Assembly: GCA_044870765.1 (NCBI GenBank)
Contig: JBIOZG010000005.1
Coordinates: 64,001-128,000, forward strand
Direction of reading: 5' to 3'
DNA length: 64,000 nucleotides
From: Nitrososphaeraceae archaeon
Lineage (GTDB): Archaea; Thermoproteota; Nitrososphaeria; Nitrososphaerales; Nitrososphaeraceae
Made by a program: the position numbers and the translations under genes
Shown here: piece after piece, positions 28,593 through 39,532 of the stretch
How positions within the stretch are numbered: position 1 is the stretch's first letter
Layout: the number at the start of each line of letters is the position of its first letter
The notes under the pieces: generated by a model
What the model was told of the DNA's origin: nothing
Seen by the model: the letters and a program-made list of their open reading frames with translations, nothing else
Databases searched by the model: none

Positions 28593-29612
28593 TTGAGTAA
28601 ATCAGCTGTAATTATAAAGGGCGATGGAACTGGTCCTGAACTTGTAAACGCAATGGTTCATGTTCTTGAGGAATGTAACTCAAAAATCAAGTTAATTCCA
28701 TGTGAAGCTGGATCTGAATGGTGGACGAAAAATGGCGGCACTTCTTATATTTCAGAAGAGGTGTGGAAACTTTTGGAAAATTCTGATGCATGCTTTAAAG
28801 GCCCGACCACGACTATACCAACTTCAAACGCTCCAAGAAGTGTAGCAGTTAGTATTAGACAAAAGTTCAACCTTTACGCAAATGTTCGTCCTATTAAAAC
28901 ATACAAGAATTCTACACATCAATTAGATTTCATTTGTGTTAGGGAAGCAACTGAGGGACTTTATTCTGGTATAGAGTTTAAGATAGGTGATGATGCAGCA
29001 ATAGCTGTAAGGAAAATAACACGGAAAAAATGTGAAGCCGTCGTTGGACATGGATTTAAGTTGGCTGCCGAAAAAGCATTCAAAAAAATATATGTTATAA
29101 CCAAAAGGAACATTTTGAAAGAAACTGATGGAATTTTTTGGAACGCTGTGCAAGACATACAATCCGAATTCAAAGAGATAGCCATAGAGGAATATTATAT
29201 AGATAATATGACTCAGCAATTGGTAAAAAATCCGGATCGGTTTAACAAGAGCATATTACTAAGTACAAATTTGTTTATGGACATTGTCTCTGAATGCGCA
29301 TCTGGGCATGTAGGTTCTATTGGTAATGTCTACTCTGGGAACTATGGAGACAACTATGCAATGTTCGAGCCCGCACATGGCAGTGCTCCAAAATATGCAG
29401 GACAAGATAAAGTTAATCCTGTAGCCACTATTCTATCAGGTGCCCTTATGGCAAAATATCTGGGAGAAGGCGAAATATGCAATGCAATCTTCACTTCAAC
29501 TGAAGAAACAATAAATGAAGGAAAGCGTCTTACTTACGATTTAGGTGGCTCGTCTTCTTTGAGTCAGATGGCAAATGAAATTGCAAATAGATCCAAAACG
29601 TATTTATCCTAA
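28593..29612 (+). CDS. Isocitrate/isopropylmalate dehydrogenase family protein
   Basis: GDGTGPE, FKGPTT, LYANVRP, REATEG, FEPAHGSAP. Confidence 0.93.
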   Translation: MSKSAVIIKGDGTGPELVNAMVHVLEECNSKIKLIPCEAGSEWWTKNGGTSYISEEVWKLLENSDACFKGPTTTIPTSNAPRSVAVSIRQKFNLYANVRPIKTYKNSTHQLDFICVREATEGLYSGIEFKIGDDAAIAVRKITRKKCEAVVGHGFKLAAEKAFKKIYVITKRNILKETDGIFWNAVQDIQSEFKEIAIEEYYIDNMTQQLVKNPDRFNKSILLSTNLFMDIVSECASGHVGSIGNVYSGNYGDNYAMFEPAHGSAPKYAGQDKVNPVATILSGALMAKYLGEGEICNAIFTSTEETINEGKRLTYDLGGSSSLSQMANEIANRSKTYLS

Positions 29613-29646
29613 TTGTAGTAACATAGTGAATAGTGGTGTTACTAAC

Positions 29647-30168
29647 TTATTTACTCAATTCAATAATCTGTAGTGTTTCATAAAATAGTTCTTTTTGAGC
29701 TATTTTTTTTACCATAATATTATTTTTTGACAAAAAACTATCTAATTTGCGGGTATCCGAAATACTCGATACTATTATTAGGATTTTACCGCCAATTTCC
29801 AATCTGTCAATTGCATCTTTTAGAAAGTCAATGGTAATTTCAACACCGGCTGGTCCTCCATCTGTTGTATTATCAATATACCCTGTGGCATTTGGGAGAT
29901 AGGGTGGATTAGTTACTATGAGATCAAATTTGATACCATGTAAAGCAGTGGCGGCATAACAACAAATCACTCTTTGATTTCTTGACATTTCTAGCAAACG
30001 CTTTAAAGAACAAAAATCGATGTCAGTTCCTATAACAGTTTTAAATTGCTTTGCCAACTCCATTAGCACGATCCCACTACTGGTACCAATTTCTAATGCT
30101 AATGTGCCACTATATCGATTAACCGTATTGGCCAAAAATATAGTGTCATCAGATGGCAAATACAACAT
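29647..30168 (-). CDS. HemK2/PrmC-like protein glutamine methyltransferase
   Basis: YLPSDDT, LEIGTSSG, NPPYLP, DGG..G. Confidence 0.9.
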   Translation of the reverse strand: MLYLPSDDTIFLANTVNRYSGTLALEIGTSSGIVLMELAKQFKTVIGTDIDFCSLKRLLEMSRNQRVICCYAATALHGIKFDLIVTNPPYLPNATGYIDNTTDGGPAGVEITIDFLKDAIDRLEIGGKILIIVSSISDTRKLDSFLSKNNIMVKKIAQKELFYETLQIIELSK

Positions 30169-30219
30169 ATTTGTATATCTCGACCAAATTTATAACTGTA
30201 CAATTTAACCGTCTATCAT

Positions 30220-30945
30220 TTAAGCTGTTTTCTTGCGATACTGTAGGTCATTGGTAATTTTTATAAGGGTCTCTGCATCCAACTGGTCAATTTTCTTATT
30301 GCCATAATCCTTAATTTGTAACAACGACTCAGGGTTTTTGTTTCTGTTACTAAAAAGGTACTCTAACCAGGCCATAACATCTTTTGTAATTTTACTTTTC
30401 TTTCTTTGCATCCTTATAACCCTAGATTCAATTTTTGGGGGTGGCAAGAAAGAACTTTTCTCTACATCAAATAATGAATCAATTTCAAAACAATATTGTG
30501 AAATTACAGAGACGACGGAATAATTTGTACTTCCAGGAGAGGCCAACATTTTTTCAGAAAACTCCTTTTGTACCATTACTACTGCCTCTCTAAATTCGTG
30601 AGAAGCCATCCACTTTACTAAGTCTTTTGATCTTGAGTAAGGGATGTTTGACAGAAAATAGTCAAATTCAAAATGCTCTTGAACAAAGAAATCTTGGTTG
30701 AATAATTTGACATTCGAATTATTCGCTAGGTATGTTCTTGCTTTGTAATACAATTCCTTGTCTATTTCGTAAGAATATACTGTTTTGGCAAATGACGAAA
30801 TCTCCTTTGTAAGATAACCAAAACCCGTACCAAGCTCCAATACCACATCTGACTTTGAAATAGTACATGAATCTGCTATCTTGGAAATCGTCCTAAAATC
30901 TATTAGAAAATGTTGACCCAGGTAGACCTTCTTATCATCTTCCAA
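30220..30945 (-). CDS. rsmA: 16S rRNA dimethyladenosine transferase KsgA/Dim1
   Basis: LGQHFL, LELGTGFG, SNIPY, MVQKEF, FLPPPKIES. Confidence 0.94.
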   Translation of the reverse strand: MEDDKKVYLGQHFLIDFRTISKIADSCTISKSDVVLELGTGFGYLTKEISSFAKTVYSYEIDKELYYKARTYLANNSNVKLFNQDFFVQEHFEFDYFLSNIPYSRSKDLVKWMASHEFREAVVMVQKEFSEKMLASPGSTNYSVVSVISQYCFEIDSLFDVEKSSFLPPPKIESRVIRMQRKKSKITKDVMAWLEYLFSNRNKNPESLLQIKDYGNKKIDQLDAETLIKITNDLQYRKKTA

Positions 30946-31543
30946 CGAATAACGTCATCCTAGTCTCTTTGGTTATTTCCTCATCTATCCTCTTTGCTAT
31001 TAGCTTGTGTATGTCTTTTAGCCCAATTCTGGTTTGGATGTCAGTAAAGGATGTAAATTTTTGTTTTTCTCTTTCATTAATTATACTCATCATATAGGTT
31101 TTACCAATACCAGGTATCAATTCTAAAGAATGAATTCGAGGTGTTATGGGTTGAGCAGCGTTGATATAGGTAACAAACCGTTCCTCATTTGCCAGGACAA
31201 TCTTTTCTATGATAGATGGGAGTTCATTTTTTGCAGATTGTGAAATGGAATCATATTGTAATTTTCCAAGAACGCTAATTATCTTGTTCCTTCCTTCTTT
31301 ACCTATATACACTCTTTCACCTAGATCAAAATTAATGTTTTGAACTCCCAGCAATTCCAATAATGTTAAACGACTTTCTCCTATTGCTTGAATAATTATT
31401 CCTTCTCTGCCCCTTATAGTCTGAGATTTACCTCTAAGGGAAAAGTCTAACACATATGCATACTCTTCAAACTTGTGACTATGAAGAGCATAATCATGAC
31501 TAGTGTGTCTGCTATGAAAGTTATTTTGACTAGTAGAATCCAA
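30935..31543 (-). CDS. DUF655 RNA-binding protein (HhH)
   Basis: EEYAYVLDF, QAIGE, HSLELIPGIGK; conserved rpl21e-rpo4-DUF655-ksgA order. Confidence 0.92.
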   Translation of the reverse strand: MDSTSQNNFHSRHTSHDYALHSHKFEEYAYVLDFSLRGKSQTIRGREGIIIQAIGESRLTLLELLGVQNINFDLGERVYIGKEGRNKIISVLGKLQYDSISQSAKNELPSIIEKIVLANEERFVTYINAAQPITPRIHSLELIPGIGKTYMMSIINEREKQKFTSFTDIQTRIGLKDIHKLIAKRIDEEITKETRMTLFVGR

Positions 31544-31571
31544 TTACTTGCAATAATGTACTGCGTACTTT

Positions 31572-31904
31572 TTAAGTTTCATGCACAGACTTAATTTTCT
31601 GCAATATGTTTTCTGATGTTGATGTCAGTATTAATTTCTTCCATCCAAATGTGAATGCCCTAATTTCTTCTAAAGAGCTTGGGAGTATGTTGACAACCTC
31701 CACAGCCTCCTCCTCAGTAAGACCGCATTGGCCCACTAGTTCACTTACTAGTTTTTGTGCGTCTTTACCTTCTATTTTTGAGAATTTATTGACATAATCA
31801 TATGTCCATCGCTGAATTTGGTCCATTTCATCAACCTTCTTTGTTTCCAATATCTCCTTTACATCAGGGAGTGTTATCATTTCTTTTTTTGTAATTTTTG
31901 TCAA
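31572..31904 (-). CDS. rpo4: RNA polymerase subunit Rpo4 (RpoF)
   Basis: YDYVNKFSK, AVEVVNILP..EEIR; synteny. Confidence 0.92.
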   Translation of the reverse strand: MTKITKKEMITLPDVKEILETKKVDEMDQIQRWTYDYVNKFSKIEGKDAQKLVSELVGQCGLTEEEAVEVVNILPSSLEEIRAFTFGWKKLILTSTSENILQKIKSVHET

Positions 31905-31917
31905 TCTACAACATCTT

Positions 31918-32199
31918 CTATTTTATGGGCCGAATGTGATTAAATTTAGTCTGTAAGAGCTTTTGTTTTTCTCCGACAAGTATGCCAACTTTGACAGTTC
32001 TTCGTCCAATTTCTTTTATTTGACCTACTCTTCCTTGGAACCTTCGATGCGGTGTTGTATTATGCTCCCTGGGATCGATAACTACTACGACTTTATCGCC
32101 TACTGAATAATTAATGAGTAAATGTGAAAGACCTCTTGACATATTTCCCTTAGTTAGAATATGTCTGGATTTTCTTTGTTTACCATGGGACTTTGGCAT
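31918..32199 (-). CDS. rpl21e: 50S ribosomal protein L21e
   Basis: SHGKQRKSR, PHRRFQGRVG, HIRP. Confidence 0.95.
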   Translation of the reverse strand: MPKSHGKQRKSRHILTKGNMSRGLSHLLINYSVGDKVVVVIDPREHNTTPHRRFQGRVGQIKEIGRRTVKVGILVGEKQKLLQTKFNHIRPIK

Positions 32200-32311
32200 G
32201 GTGGATTATCACATTCCTCCTTAATTTAATATTATCTGGTAATATTGAAATTGATAGATTGTATCGAATAGATTATACAGAGATCCCAATTTTTACTATT
32301 TATTTGAATCA

Positions 32312-33289
32312 TTATTTTTGAGGGTCTCCAATTCCCTGGTCATTCAGGGCAAATAATATCTCTCTCTCTGAATGATAGGGGCTGTCAACCATCCTAGCTA
32401 TTCTATTTTTACCAGCTTTTTTCAGGTAAATTCTATACGTACTGGTGTGTGCCATGACGTTGCCGCCGGTGGCTTTGTTGGGGTCACCAAAAATGGCGTC
32501 TGGTGAAGATTGAATTTGGTTTGTTATCACCACTGCTATTTTGCACGTTTCGGCAATTCTTAACAGGATGTGTAACAGCCTGTTGATTCTTTGCTGTCTT
32601 TCTGCCAGAACTGATCTTCCTATAAACTCTGCTCGATAGTGCGATACTATCGAATCTACAATCATGATTTTTATATTGTGCAAATTAATGATACCTGGTG
32701 ATTCCTGAATAATCACCTCCTGATGCGAGAAATTGTATGCTTTTGCAACAATGACATTCTCAAGAGCAATACTGGGATCTATTTTTCGTGCGGACGCAAT
32801 ATCTGAGATTCTCTCAGGTCTAAACGTGTTTTCTGTATCAACGTAGAGTGCTTTAGACAAATTCCCATGTTTTTCATTTTGTTGAGCAGTAACACAAAGT
32901 GTATGACAGATCTGGGTTTTTCCAGTTCCGAATTCTCCATATAATTCAGTAATTGCTCTAGTTTCTATTCCACCACCAAGCAACTCATCTAAATTTTTTG
33001 AACCAGTGGTTATTCGATACTCTGATTTCCTCTTTTCATAAATTTGATTTGCGGTAATAAAGGGTTTATCAAAAACCCCAATTTCTTCCAATATCTCCCT
33101 TGCCTTATTACACATTGTTGTACATTTATCCATGGCTATTCCAGTGGCCTCAGCAATATCCGAAGGACCTCTAATAACAATATCCTTGATGGTTTTGAAT
33201 CCCGCTTGCCTTAATGAGGTCTTAGTTGCAGGACCGATTTCACTCATTGTATCAATATCGAATAACTCTTCATTACCATCTTCGGACAA
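32312..33289 (-). CDS. radA: DNA repair and recombination protein RadA (or close paralogue)
   Basis: N-terminal HhH, FITA, GEFGTGKTQ, DTENTFRPER, RAEFIGR, GGNVMAH. Confidence 0.92.
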   Translation of the reverse strand: MSEDGNEELFDIDTMSEIGPATKTSLRQAGFKTIKDIVIRGPSDIAEATGIAMDKCTTMCNKAREILEEIGVFDKPFITANQIYEKRKSEYRITTGSKNLDELLGGGIETRAITELYGEFGTGKTQICHTLCVTAQQNEKHGNLSKALYVDTENTFRPERISDIASARKIDPSIALENVIVAKAYNFSHQEVIIQESPGIINLHNIKIMIVDSIVSHYRAEFIGRSVLAERQQRINRLLHILLRIAETCKIAVVITNQIQSSPDAIFGDPNKATGGNVMAHTSTYRIYLKKAGKNRIARMVDSPYHSEREILFALNDQGIGDPQK

Positions 33290-33372
33290 TTGCCTTTATC
33301 AAGTAATATCTAATAATCTCGTTCAATAAACCTTGTTGTTAAACGTATTTTTGGAAAGGAGATGATTTGTGA

Positions 33373-34188
33373 TTAGTCTGTAGAAAGAATTCTCTTAGCT
33401 AATCGAAGTGTTCCGTTAATTGTATGCTCTTTGGATTCAATTGCAGACACATTTCTTGAGATTAACTCTTTTGTTGTGTTAGGGCCAATACTTATTACCG
33501 CGTCAATACTCTGAAAGTATTCCCTGAAATTTGAAAGTACTTGCTGCATTATTGAAAAAAAATATCGAACTGCCGAGGGACTAGTAAATATCATAACGTC
33601 TACCCGCTTGTTACTTATTTTTTTGGAAAAATCTATCCAAATCTGATCTATTGTTTCTATTTGAGGATAGTATATATGAAATTCATCCAAGATAATCCCA
33701 ACTAAATTTAGTTTTTCCTTCATAAATGAATTAGAAGCACCACTTCTTGGTGATAGTATGCGAGTTCCCGGCTTTGGTGAAAGCTTTCTCATAAGTTCCA
33801 AAAGACCTGACGATGAATAACTATCTGGCATCCAAGAAACTGGAATATCATTTGCTTCTAGTTTTTGTTTTGTTGATGGACCTATGGCAATTACTTTACT
33901 TTTCATTAATTGTTCGTCCAGAATGTATCTCAAATTGTTTTCCTTAACCATTTTGAGGAACACTTCAACTGAGTTAGGACTCATGAACATGTAGTATTCA
34001 TATTTTTTGGAAGAAATATCGGAGAATTTTTGACAGAAATTATGTGAGTCGATAGGAATCAATTTCATTGTTGGTAAAGAAATTGGAATGCCTCCTTCTT
34101 GCTTCACTTTGCGTATAAATTCATTATTATTTTTTTCACCTCTAGTTATAGCTACTACCTTGTCAAGGAAAATTTTATTCAATGTCAT
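33373..34188 (-). CDS. hemD: Uroporphyrinogen-III synthase
   Basis: FMSPNSV, AIGPST, FTSPSAV, SIGPNT; hem cluster. Confidence 0.92.
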   Translation of the reverse strand: MTLNKIFLDKVVAITRGEKNNNEFIRKVKQEGGIPISLPTMKLIPIDSHNFCQKFSDISSKKYEYYMFMSPNSVEVFLKMVKENNLRYILDEQLMKSKVIAIGPSTKQKLEANDIPVSWMPDSYSSSGLLELMRKLSPKPGTRILSPRSGASNSFMKEKLNLVGIILDEFHIYYPQIETIDQIWIDFSKKISNKRVDVMIFTSPSAVRYFFSIMQQVLSNFREYFQSIDAVISIGPNTTKELISRNVSAIESKEHTINGTLRLAKRILSTD

Positions 34189-34251
34189 TATAAAATTTGC
34201 TTCTCATAAAAGTATTAGGATTACCATTTTAGGATTGATATTTCTCGAATT

Positions 34252-35025
34252 CTAAAGATCTGGAGGAAACCATTCTATCTTCTTTCGAATCCCCACGACA
34301 TTGCCTACAATAATTATGGATGGTGATTGAATTTTTTTCAGTTTGACTTTACTTTCAATATTATGTAAACTACCTGTTATTACCTGCTGGACACTTGATG
34401 TAGCATTTTGAACAATTGCAATTTTGGTATTTTTATTTAAACCTGCTTTGGTCAGATTTGAAATAATGTGTCGTAGCTGTTCTAGTCCCATGAAAATTAC
34501 TATTGTGTCAGCCGCCCTGATTACGGCATTCCACCTTATCGACGACTTATTTTTGTCTATTGCTTCATGACCTGTAAGTATTACGACTGAAGAAGAATAA
34601 TCACGATGAGTTAACGGTATTCCTGAGTACACGGAAGCCCCATTAAGCGAAGAGACTCCCGGGACTATTTCGAATCTTACGTGATTTTTTGATAAAAATT
34701 CAGCTTCTTCACCACCTCGTCCAAAAATAAACGGATCACCGCCTTTCAGTCGGAGAACTTTTTTGCCATCTTTGGCAAACTTTAACATAAGTTCGTTTGT
34801 ATTGAGTTGATTAGTAGTTGGATCTCCCGATTCTCTGCCAACATACACCTTCTTTGAGCGTTGCGAAGCCATCTTTAAAGTTCTTTTATTTACTAATCTG
34901 TCGTAAAGAATAACATCACAAGTTGACAATAGTTTGGCTGCTTTAAGAGTCAACAAGTTCGGCTCGCCAGGCCCTGCGCCGCAAATATACACCTTGCCTT
35001 TTGGTATTATTATTGGACGGTCCAT
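34252..35025 (-). CDS. cobA: Uroporphyrinogen-III C-methyltransferase
   Basis: GAGPG, YDRLV, RLKGGDPFIFGRGGEE, PGVSS. Confidence 0.95.
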   Translation of the reverse strand: MDRPIIIPKGKVYICGAGPGEPNLLTLKAAKLLSTCDVILYDRLVNKRTLKMASQRSKKVYVGRESGDPTTNQLNTNELMLKFAKDGKKVLRLKGGDPFIFGRGGEEAEFLSKNHVRFEIVPGVSSLNGASVYSGIPLTHRDYSSSVVILTGHEAIDKNKSSIRWNAVIRAADTIVIFMGLEQLRHIISNLTKAGLNKNTKIAIVQNATSSVQQVITGSLHNIESKVKLKKIQSPSIIIVGNVVGIRKKIEWFPPDL

Positions 35026-35963
35026 TTTTCTAGTGCCTCTCGCCACTCATGAGCAAAATCTCCTGCTCCACATGAAAGTAAATCATTTGCCACCTCCTTT
35101 CCAATTTTAACTGCGTTTGATATAACATCAGATTTTTTTAGGTTTATCGATTGAGAACCATCTGCAGAGAATACAGATGCATGTAACGTAATTCTTTTTG
35201 TTCTTAAATTTGGTATTGCTATGGCGCCAACTGGAAATCTACAGCCTGCGTTCAAGTATTGTATCAATGATCTCTCAGCATCAATTGCATATCTTGTTGA
35301 CTTGTCTTCAATCTTTTGCAATATTCCAAGTACCTTTTTGTTATCTTTTCTGCAAACAACTCCTATAGCTCCTTGTCCCGGTGCGGGAACAAACTCCAGA
35401 TAGCTAAACTTTTGAATTATTTGGTCACTTAGTTCAAGTCTTTTTAATCCAGCTTCAGCAAGGACGAGGGCATCGAAAGTACCATTGATGCATTTTTTTA
35501 CTCTGCTTTCAACATTACCTCTAATCGGTATCACAGTAACGTCGGGATTCTTCCTTTTTATTTGTACAGCCCTCCTTAAACTGCTGGTTCCAACACGAGA
35601 ATTTTTTGGCAGTTGTTCGAGCTTAATTTTAGATTTTCCAATTAATACATCGTTTGGACTTTCACGTTTTAGTATTGACGCAATAACTAAATCACCATCC
35701 AGTTCAGTTGGTATATCTTTGATACTGTGGACTGCAAAATCTGCTCGTTCATCTAGGACTGCCTTGTCTACCTCCTTTTCAAAAATCCCCTTTTCATTGA
35801 CTGAGAATAGGAATTTATTCTTCTTAATATCGCCCATCGATTTTATTCTGATAATATCACAATTCATTGATGGGAATATGCTGCGCAAGCTACGGCTCAA
35901 TATTTCAGTCTGTATTAATGCCAGTTTGCTACCTCGGGTAGCTACCCTATAATTATCATTCAA
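35010..35963 (-). CDS. hemC: Hydroxymethylbilane synthase
   Basis: ATRGSKLA, AVHSIKD, GTSSLRR, RGNV, GCRFP. Confidence 0.96.
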   Translation of the reverse strand: MNDNYRVATRGSKLALIQTEILSRSLRSIFPSMNCDIIRIKSMGDIKKNKFLFSVNEKGIFEKEVDKAVLDERADFAVHSIKDIPTELDGDLVIASILKRESPNDVLIGKSKIKLEQLPKNSRVGTSSLRRAVQIKRKNPDVTVIPIRGNVESRVKKCINGTFDALVLAEAGLKRLELSDQIIQKFSYLEFVPAPGQGAIGVVCRKDNKKVLGILQKIEDKSTRYAIDAERSLIQYLNAGCRFPVGAIAIPNLRTKRITLHASVFSADGSQSINLKKSDVISNAVKIGKEVANDLLSCGAGDFAHEWREALEKWTVQ

Positions 35964-37224
35964 TCTCTTTCACTTTTTTCAATGCCTTGGCAAACGCTTC
36001 CATTGTCTTGTCTATATCGTCATCATCATGAGAATAGGAAATAAAACAGGTTTCAAATTGTGAGGGTGGTATGAATATCCCTGATTTTAGTATCTCGCTG
36101 AATAATTTCTTGTACTGTAGTTGATTTGATTTTCTAACGTCTGACGCATTTTTGATCTGTTCATTTGTGAAAAAAAGTTGGAACATGGAGGAGATGTGAT
36201 TTACACTTGCTCCAATTTTTAGATCTTTTATGTGATCCTTAATTCCAATTGTTAGTGTATCAGAGAATCGTGAAAGCTTTGGATACAAATCATTTTTCAA
36301 GTCCCTTAACTTCTCCAGAGTTGCTATACCTGCAGTTACAGAAGTCGGATTTCCTGCGTATGTACTTCCCTGAAATACCGTTCCTTTTGGTGATAACAAT
36401 TCCATTATCTTCTTCTTTCCAACAATGGCCGAAAGTGGAAAACCATTCCCTATTGACTTTGCAAGGGTCATGATGTCTGGAGTTACGCCAAAATATTCTG
36501 AAGCACCTCCGGGGGATACTCTAAACCCAGTCACAACTTCATCAAAAATCAACACAATTTCCTCTTTTTCAGTTATTTTCCTTAGTTTACTGAGATAATC
36601 AGCCATTGGTAATACAAGTCCCATATTAGCCAATACCGGTTCTACAATTATGCATGCGATATCCTCATTTTGTTTCACCACATCTTCTATAGCGCCAATG
36701 TCATTGTATGGCAATAACAAAGTCTCTTTCATTGAACTTTGTAAATTGCCTTCATCAGAAGCGCTTGAAGCGCTAGAGCCAGGACTAACCAAGACGTAGT
36801 CATATGCGCCGTGATAACATCCGTCAAACTTAATAACCTTTTTTTTCTTTGTAAAACCTCTTGCCAATCTTATTGAGTGCATGGTTGATTCTAATCCTGT
36901 ATTCATCAGCCTCACCATTTCCATATTGGGAATCATTTCAATAATTAACTCGGCCAATTTGGTCTCCTTTTCTGTAGGAACACAAAATATGTTGCCCTTA
37001 TCCAATTGCGCTTTTACAGCATTTATCACATCAAGATATGCATGTCCCAATAATACTGATCCGTATCCAAGGCAATAGTCAATAAGCGTATCATGCTCTT
37101 CAGTAATGATTTTAGAACCCTTTCCATAAGAGGCGAAAAAAGGATACGGTTCGTAGAAACGAACCGGACTATTAACACCACCAGGAATTATTTCTTTTGC
37201 TCTATTAAACAGAGAAGCCGACAA
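35956..37224 (-). CDS. hemL: Glutamate-1-semialdehyde 2,1-aminomutase
   Basis: PGGVNSPVR, GCYHG, FDEVVTGFR, PSQFE. Confidence 0.96.
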   Translation of the reverse strand: MSASLFNRAKEIIPGGVNSPVRFYEPYPFFASYGKGSKIITEEHDTLIDYCLGYGSVLLGHAYLDVINAVKAQLDKGNIFCVPTEKETKLAELIIEMIPNMEMVRLMNTGLESTMHSIRLARGFTKKKKVIKFDGCYHGAYDYVLVSPGSSASSASDEGNLQSSMKETLLLPYNDIGAIEDVVKQNEDIACIIVEPVLANMGLVLPMADYLSKLRKITEKEEIVLIFDEVVTGFRVSPGGASEYFGVTPDIMTLAKSIGNGFPLSAIVGKKKIMELLSPKGTVFQGSTYAGNPTSVTAGIATLEKLRDLKNDLYPKLSRFSDTLTIGIKDHIKDLKIGASVNHISSMFQLFFTNEQIKNASDVRKSNQLQYKKLFSEILKSGIFIPPSQFETCFISYSHDDDDIDKTMEAFAKALKKVKEIE

Positions 37225-37263
37225 GCACTGATTGATTGTCTCGTAACTGTTATAATTGTATCT

Positions 37264-38271
37264 TTAGATACTGTTCAATAATTCGCCAACTCTTTTGGCA
37301 TAATATGATACTATAATGTCAGCCCCTGCTCTTTTAATACTAGTCATAAATTCCATCACTACTTCGTCTTCGTTAACCCAACCTTCCATGGCAGCAGCCT
37401 TTACAATGGAGTACTCGCCCGATACGCTGTATGCACATACTGGTAATAATGTAGATTGTCTTGTCTTGTAAATCAGGTCAAGATATGGCAATGCTGGCTT
37501 TATCATTACTATGTCAGCACCTTCTTTAACATCCATCATTATCTCCTGTAGTGCTTCATTTGTATTATGAAATGGCATTTGGTAAGTTTTCCTATCGCCA
37601 AACTCCGGAGTGGAGTGAGATGCATCTCTAAAAGGAGTATACAAATTCGACGATAATTTAGCCGAGTAACCGATGATTCCTACATTGATGAAATTGGCAT
37701 TGTCCAGTGCATTTCGAATGCTTTTTACCTGCCCGTCCATCATTGCAGAAGGGGCTACAAAATCTACTCCAGCTTCGGCGTGGCTGGTTGCTACCTTGTC
37801 TAGAACTTTCAAACTTGTATCATTATCCGCAACTTTGTTCTTAATAATCCCGCAATGACCATGTGAGGTGTATTGACAAAGGCATACATCTGTTATAGTT
37901 ACAATTTTTTCGCCAAAGTTCTGTTTTAAGGATTTTACAGATTGTTGAATAATTCCATCCTTGCTATATGCGCTAGTGGCTTTATCATTTTTGATTTTTG
38001 GAATCCCAAAAATCAAAAACGTCCTTAAACCAAGATCATACAATTCTTGGATGTCCCTATCTAGATTCTTTAATGGTACCCTAAAAATTCCGGGCATCAA
38101 CTCAATTTCTTTCGGCTCATCTATTCCTTCTTGAATAAAAACTGGGCATACAAGATCTTTTACTGATAACCTTGTTTCCTGTAACAAATCTCTTATAGCT
38201 GGTGTCCGTCTTAATCTTCTTAATCTTACTTTTGGAAATCCATCAGATTCAGGTGCTTCATTTTGGTTCAT
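37264..38271 (-). CDS. hemB: Porphobilinogen synthase
   Basis: DVCLCQYTSHGHCG, PSAMMDG, MIKPA, YSVSGEY. Confidence 0.97.
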   Translation of the reverse strand: MNQNEAPESDGFPKVRLRRLRRTPAIRDLLQETRLSVKDLVCPVFIQEGIDEPKEIELMPGIFRVPLKNLDRDIQELYDLGLRTFLIFGIPKIKNDKATSAYSKDGIIQQSVKSLKQNFGEKIVTITDVCLCQYTSHGHCGIIKNKVADNDTSLKVLDKVATSHAEAGVDFVAPSAMMDGQVKSIRNALDNANFINVGIIGYSAKLSSNLYTPFRDASHSTPEFGDRKTYQMPFHNTNEALQEIMMDVKEGADIVMIKPALPYLDLIYKTRQSTLLPVCAYSVSGEYSIVKAAAMEGWVNEDEVVMEFMTSIKRAGADIIVSYYAKRVGELLNSI

Positions 38272-39532
38272 AATTAAAAATCCTTGATACTATGTTGAGT
38301 ACATCTTCATTCTTTTCTGTATTCCCAATTTCTTTTCTAAAGTTATTCATGGGTGTAGAAAGAATACCTTCAACTATTGCAAATGATAATTGCTCCATTA
38401 TTTCATATTCTTTCATTCCTTTCTTAATTCCGAGTAATCTAACTGCTTTTGACAGTTCCCTATTTCTAACTTCATCCACAATTTTGAATATTGATACCAC
38501 AAAAGGTTCTGCTTTGATTTTTCTAAATAGCAGATCCATATTTTGCATTCCGCCCTGGATCATATCTTCAGCCAATCTAACTTCTTCTCGCCTGCGGTTC
38601 AAATTTCGGTCAACTATTTCTGCAATTTGATCTATGTTGACTAATTTTACTCCCGATATTGTTGCAATCTTGTCGTCCACAGTCCTAGGATTTGAAAGAT
38701 CAAATATCATCATTCCACTATCTTTCTTGGCACAATTGAATATTCTCTCATAGGTTATCAAATTGTAAGGAGCTGTTGTAGAAACAAAAATGATGTCCGT
38801 CTTTCCAAAATTATTGAGAGCATCTTCAAAATTTACAGGGTTTCCACCAACAGTTCTGCAAAATGATTTGGCCCTTTCAAAGGTCCTGCTTGCAACTTCA
38901 AAGTTTACTTGTCTCTTTTTTAGTGATTTTGCAACAAGTGTAGCTCCCTCACCAGTACCAATTAGTAGAACCTTTTTATTCTGAAAATCATCAAAATATT
39001 CTTCAGCCAGATTAACTGCCATAGAGCCTACCGATACACTCCCTTTATTCAAACCAGTATTGGTCCTAACTCTACTTCCAACCTTTATTGCATGTTCAAA
39101 AATTATCGGGAGAAAAGAATCAACATAGCAGTTTTGACGAGAATATTCGAAAGATCTTTTAACCTGTCCCAAAATCTGATCCTCTCCCACCACCAATGAC
39201 TCAAGCCCTGATGTAAGCCTAAGAAGATGATTGATAGCGCCTTTATCTTGATCTACTTCAGCATATTCAAAAGACAAATCTCTGAATTCGGTATTCTTTC
39301 TCCATGTCTCAAAAATATTATCAGTATCAATCTTTTCTAGTGCGAGAAATAGCTCTACTCTATTACATGTTTGTATAATAACACATTCTCTTATCCCATT
39401 GCTGGTGAGGAATTCACGATATGCCTTGCCTATATCTTTGAATGTAAATTTTTCAAGAACATGAATCGGAGACTTTTTGTGAGTTACCCTTAAGTTTAAT
39501 AATTTCAGTTCATCAGTAATTTCTGGACTCAT
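38258..39532 (-). CDS. hemA: Glutamyl-tRNA reductase
   Basis: TCNRVE, SGLESLVVGEDQILGQ, IGTGE, DLSNPR. Confidence 0.96.
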   Translation of the reverse strand: MSPEITDELKLLNLRVTHKKSPIHVLEKFTFKDIGKAYREFLTSNGIRECVIIQTCNRVELFLALEKIDTDNIFETWRKNTEFRDLSFEYAEVDQDKGAINHLLRLTSGLESLVVGEDQILGQVKRSFEYSRQNCYVDSFLPIIFEHAIKVGSRVRTNTGLNKGSVSVGSMAVNLAEEYFDDFQNKKVLLIGTGEGATLVAKSLKKRQVNFEVASRTFERAKSFCRTVGGNPVNFEDALNNFGKTDIIFVSTTAPYNLITYERIFNCAKKDSGMMIFDLSNPRTVDDKIATISGVKLVNIDQIAEIVDRNLNRRREEVRLAEDMIQGGMQNMDLLFRKIKAEPFVVSIFKIVDEVRNRELSKAVRLLGIKKGMKEYEIMEQLSFAIVEGILSTPMNNFRKEIGNTEKNEDVLNIVSRIFNYEPK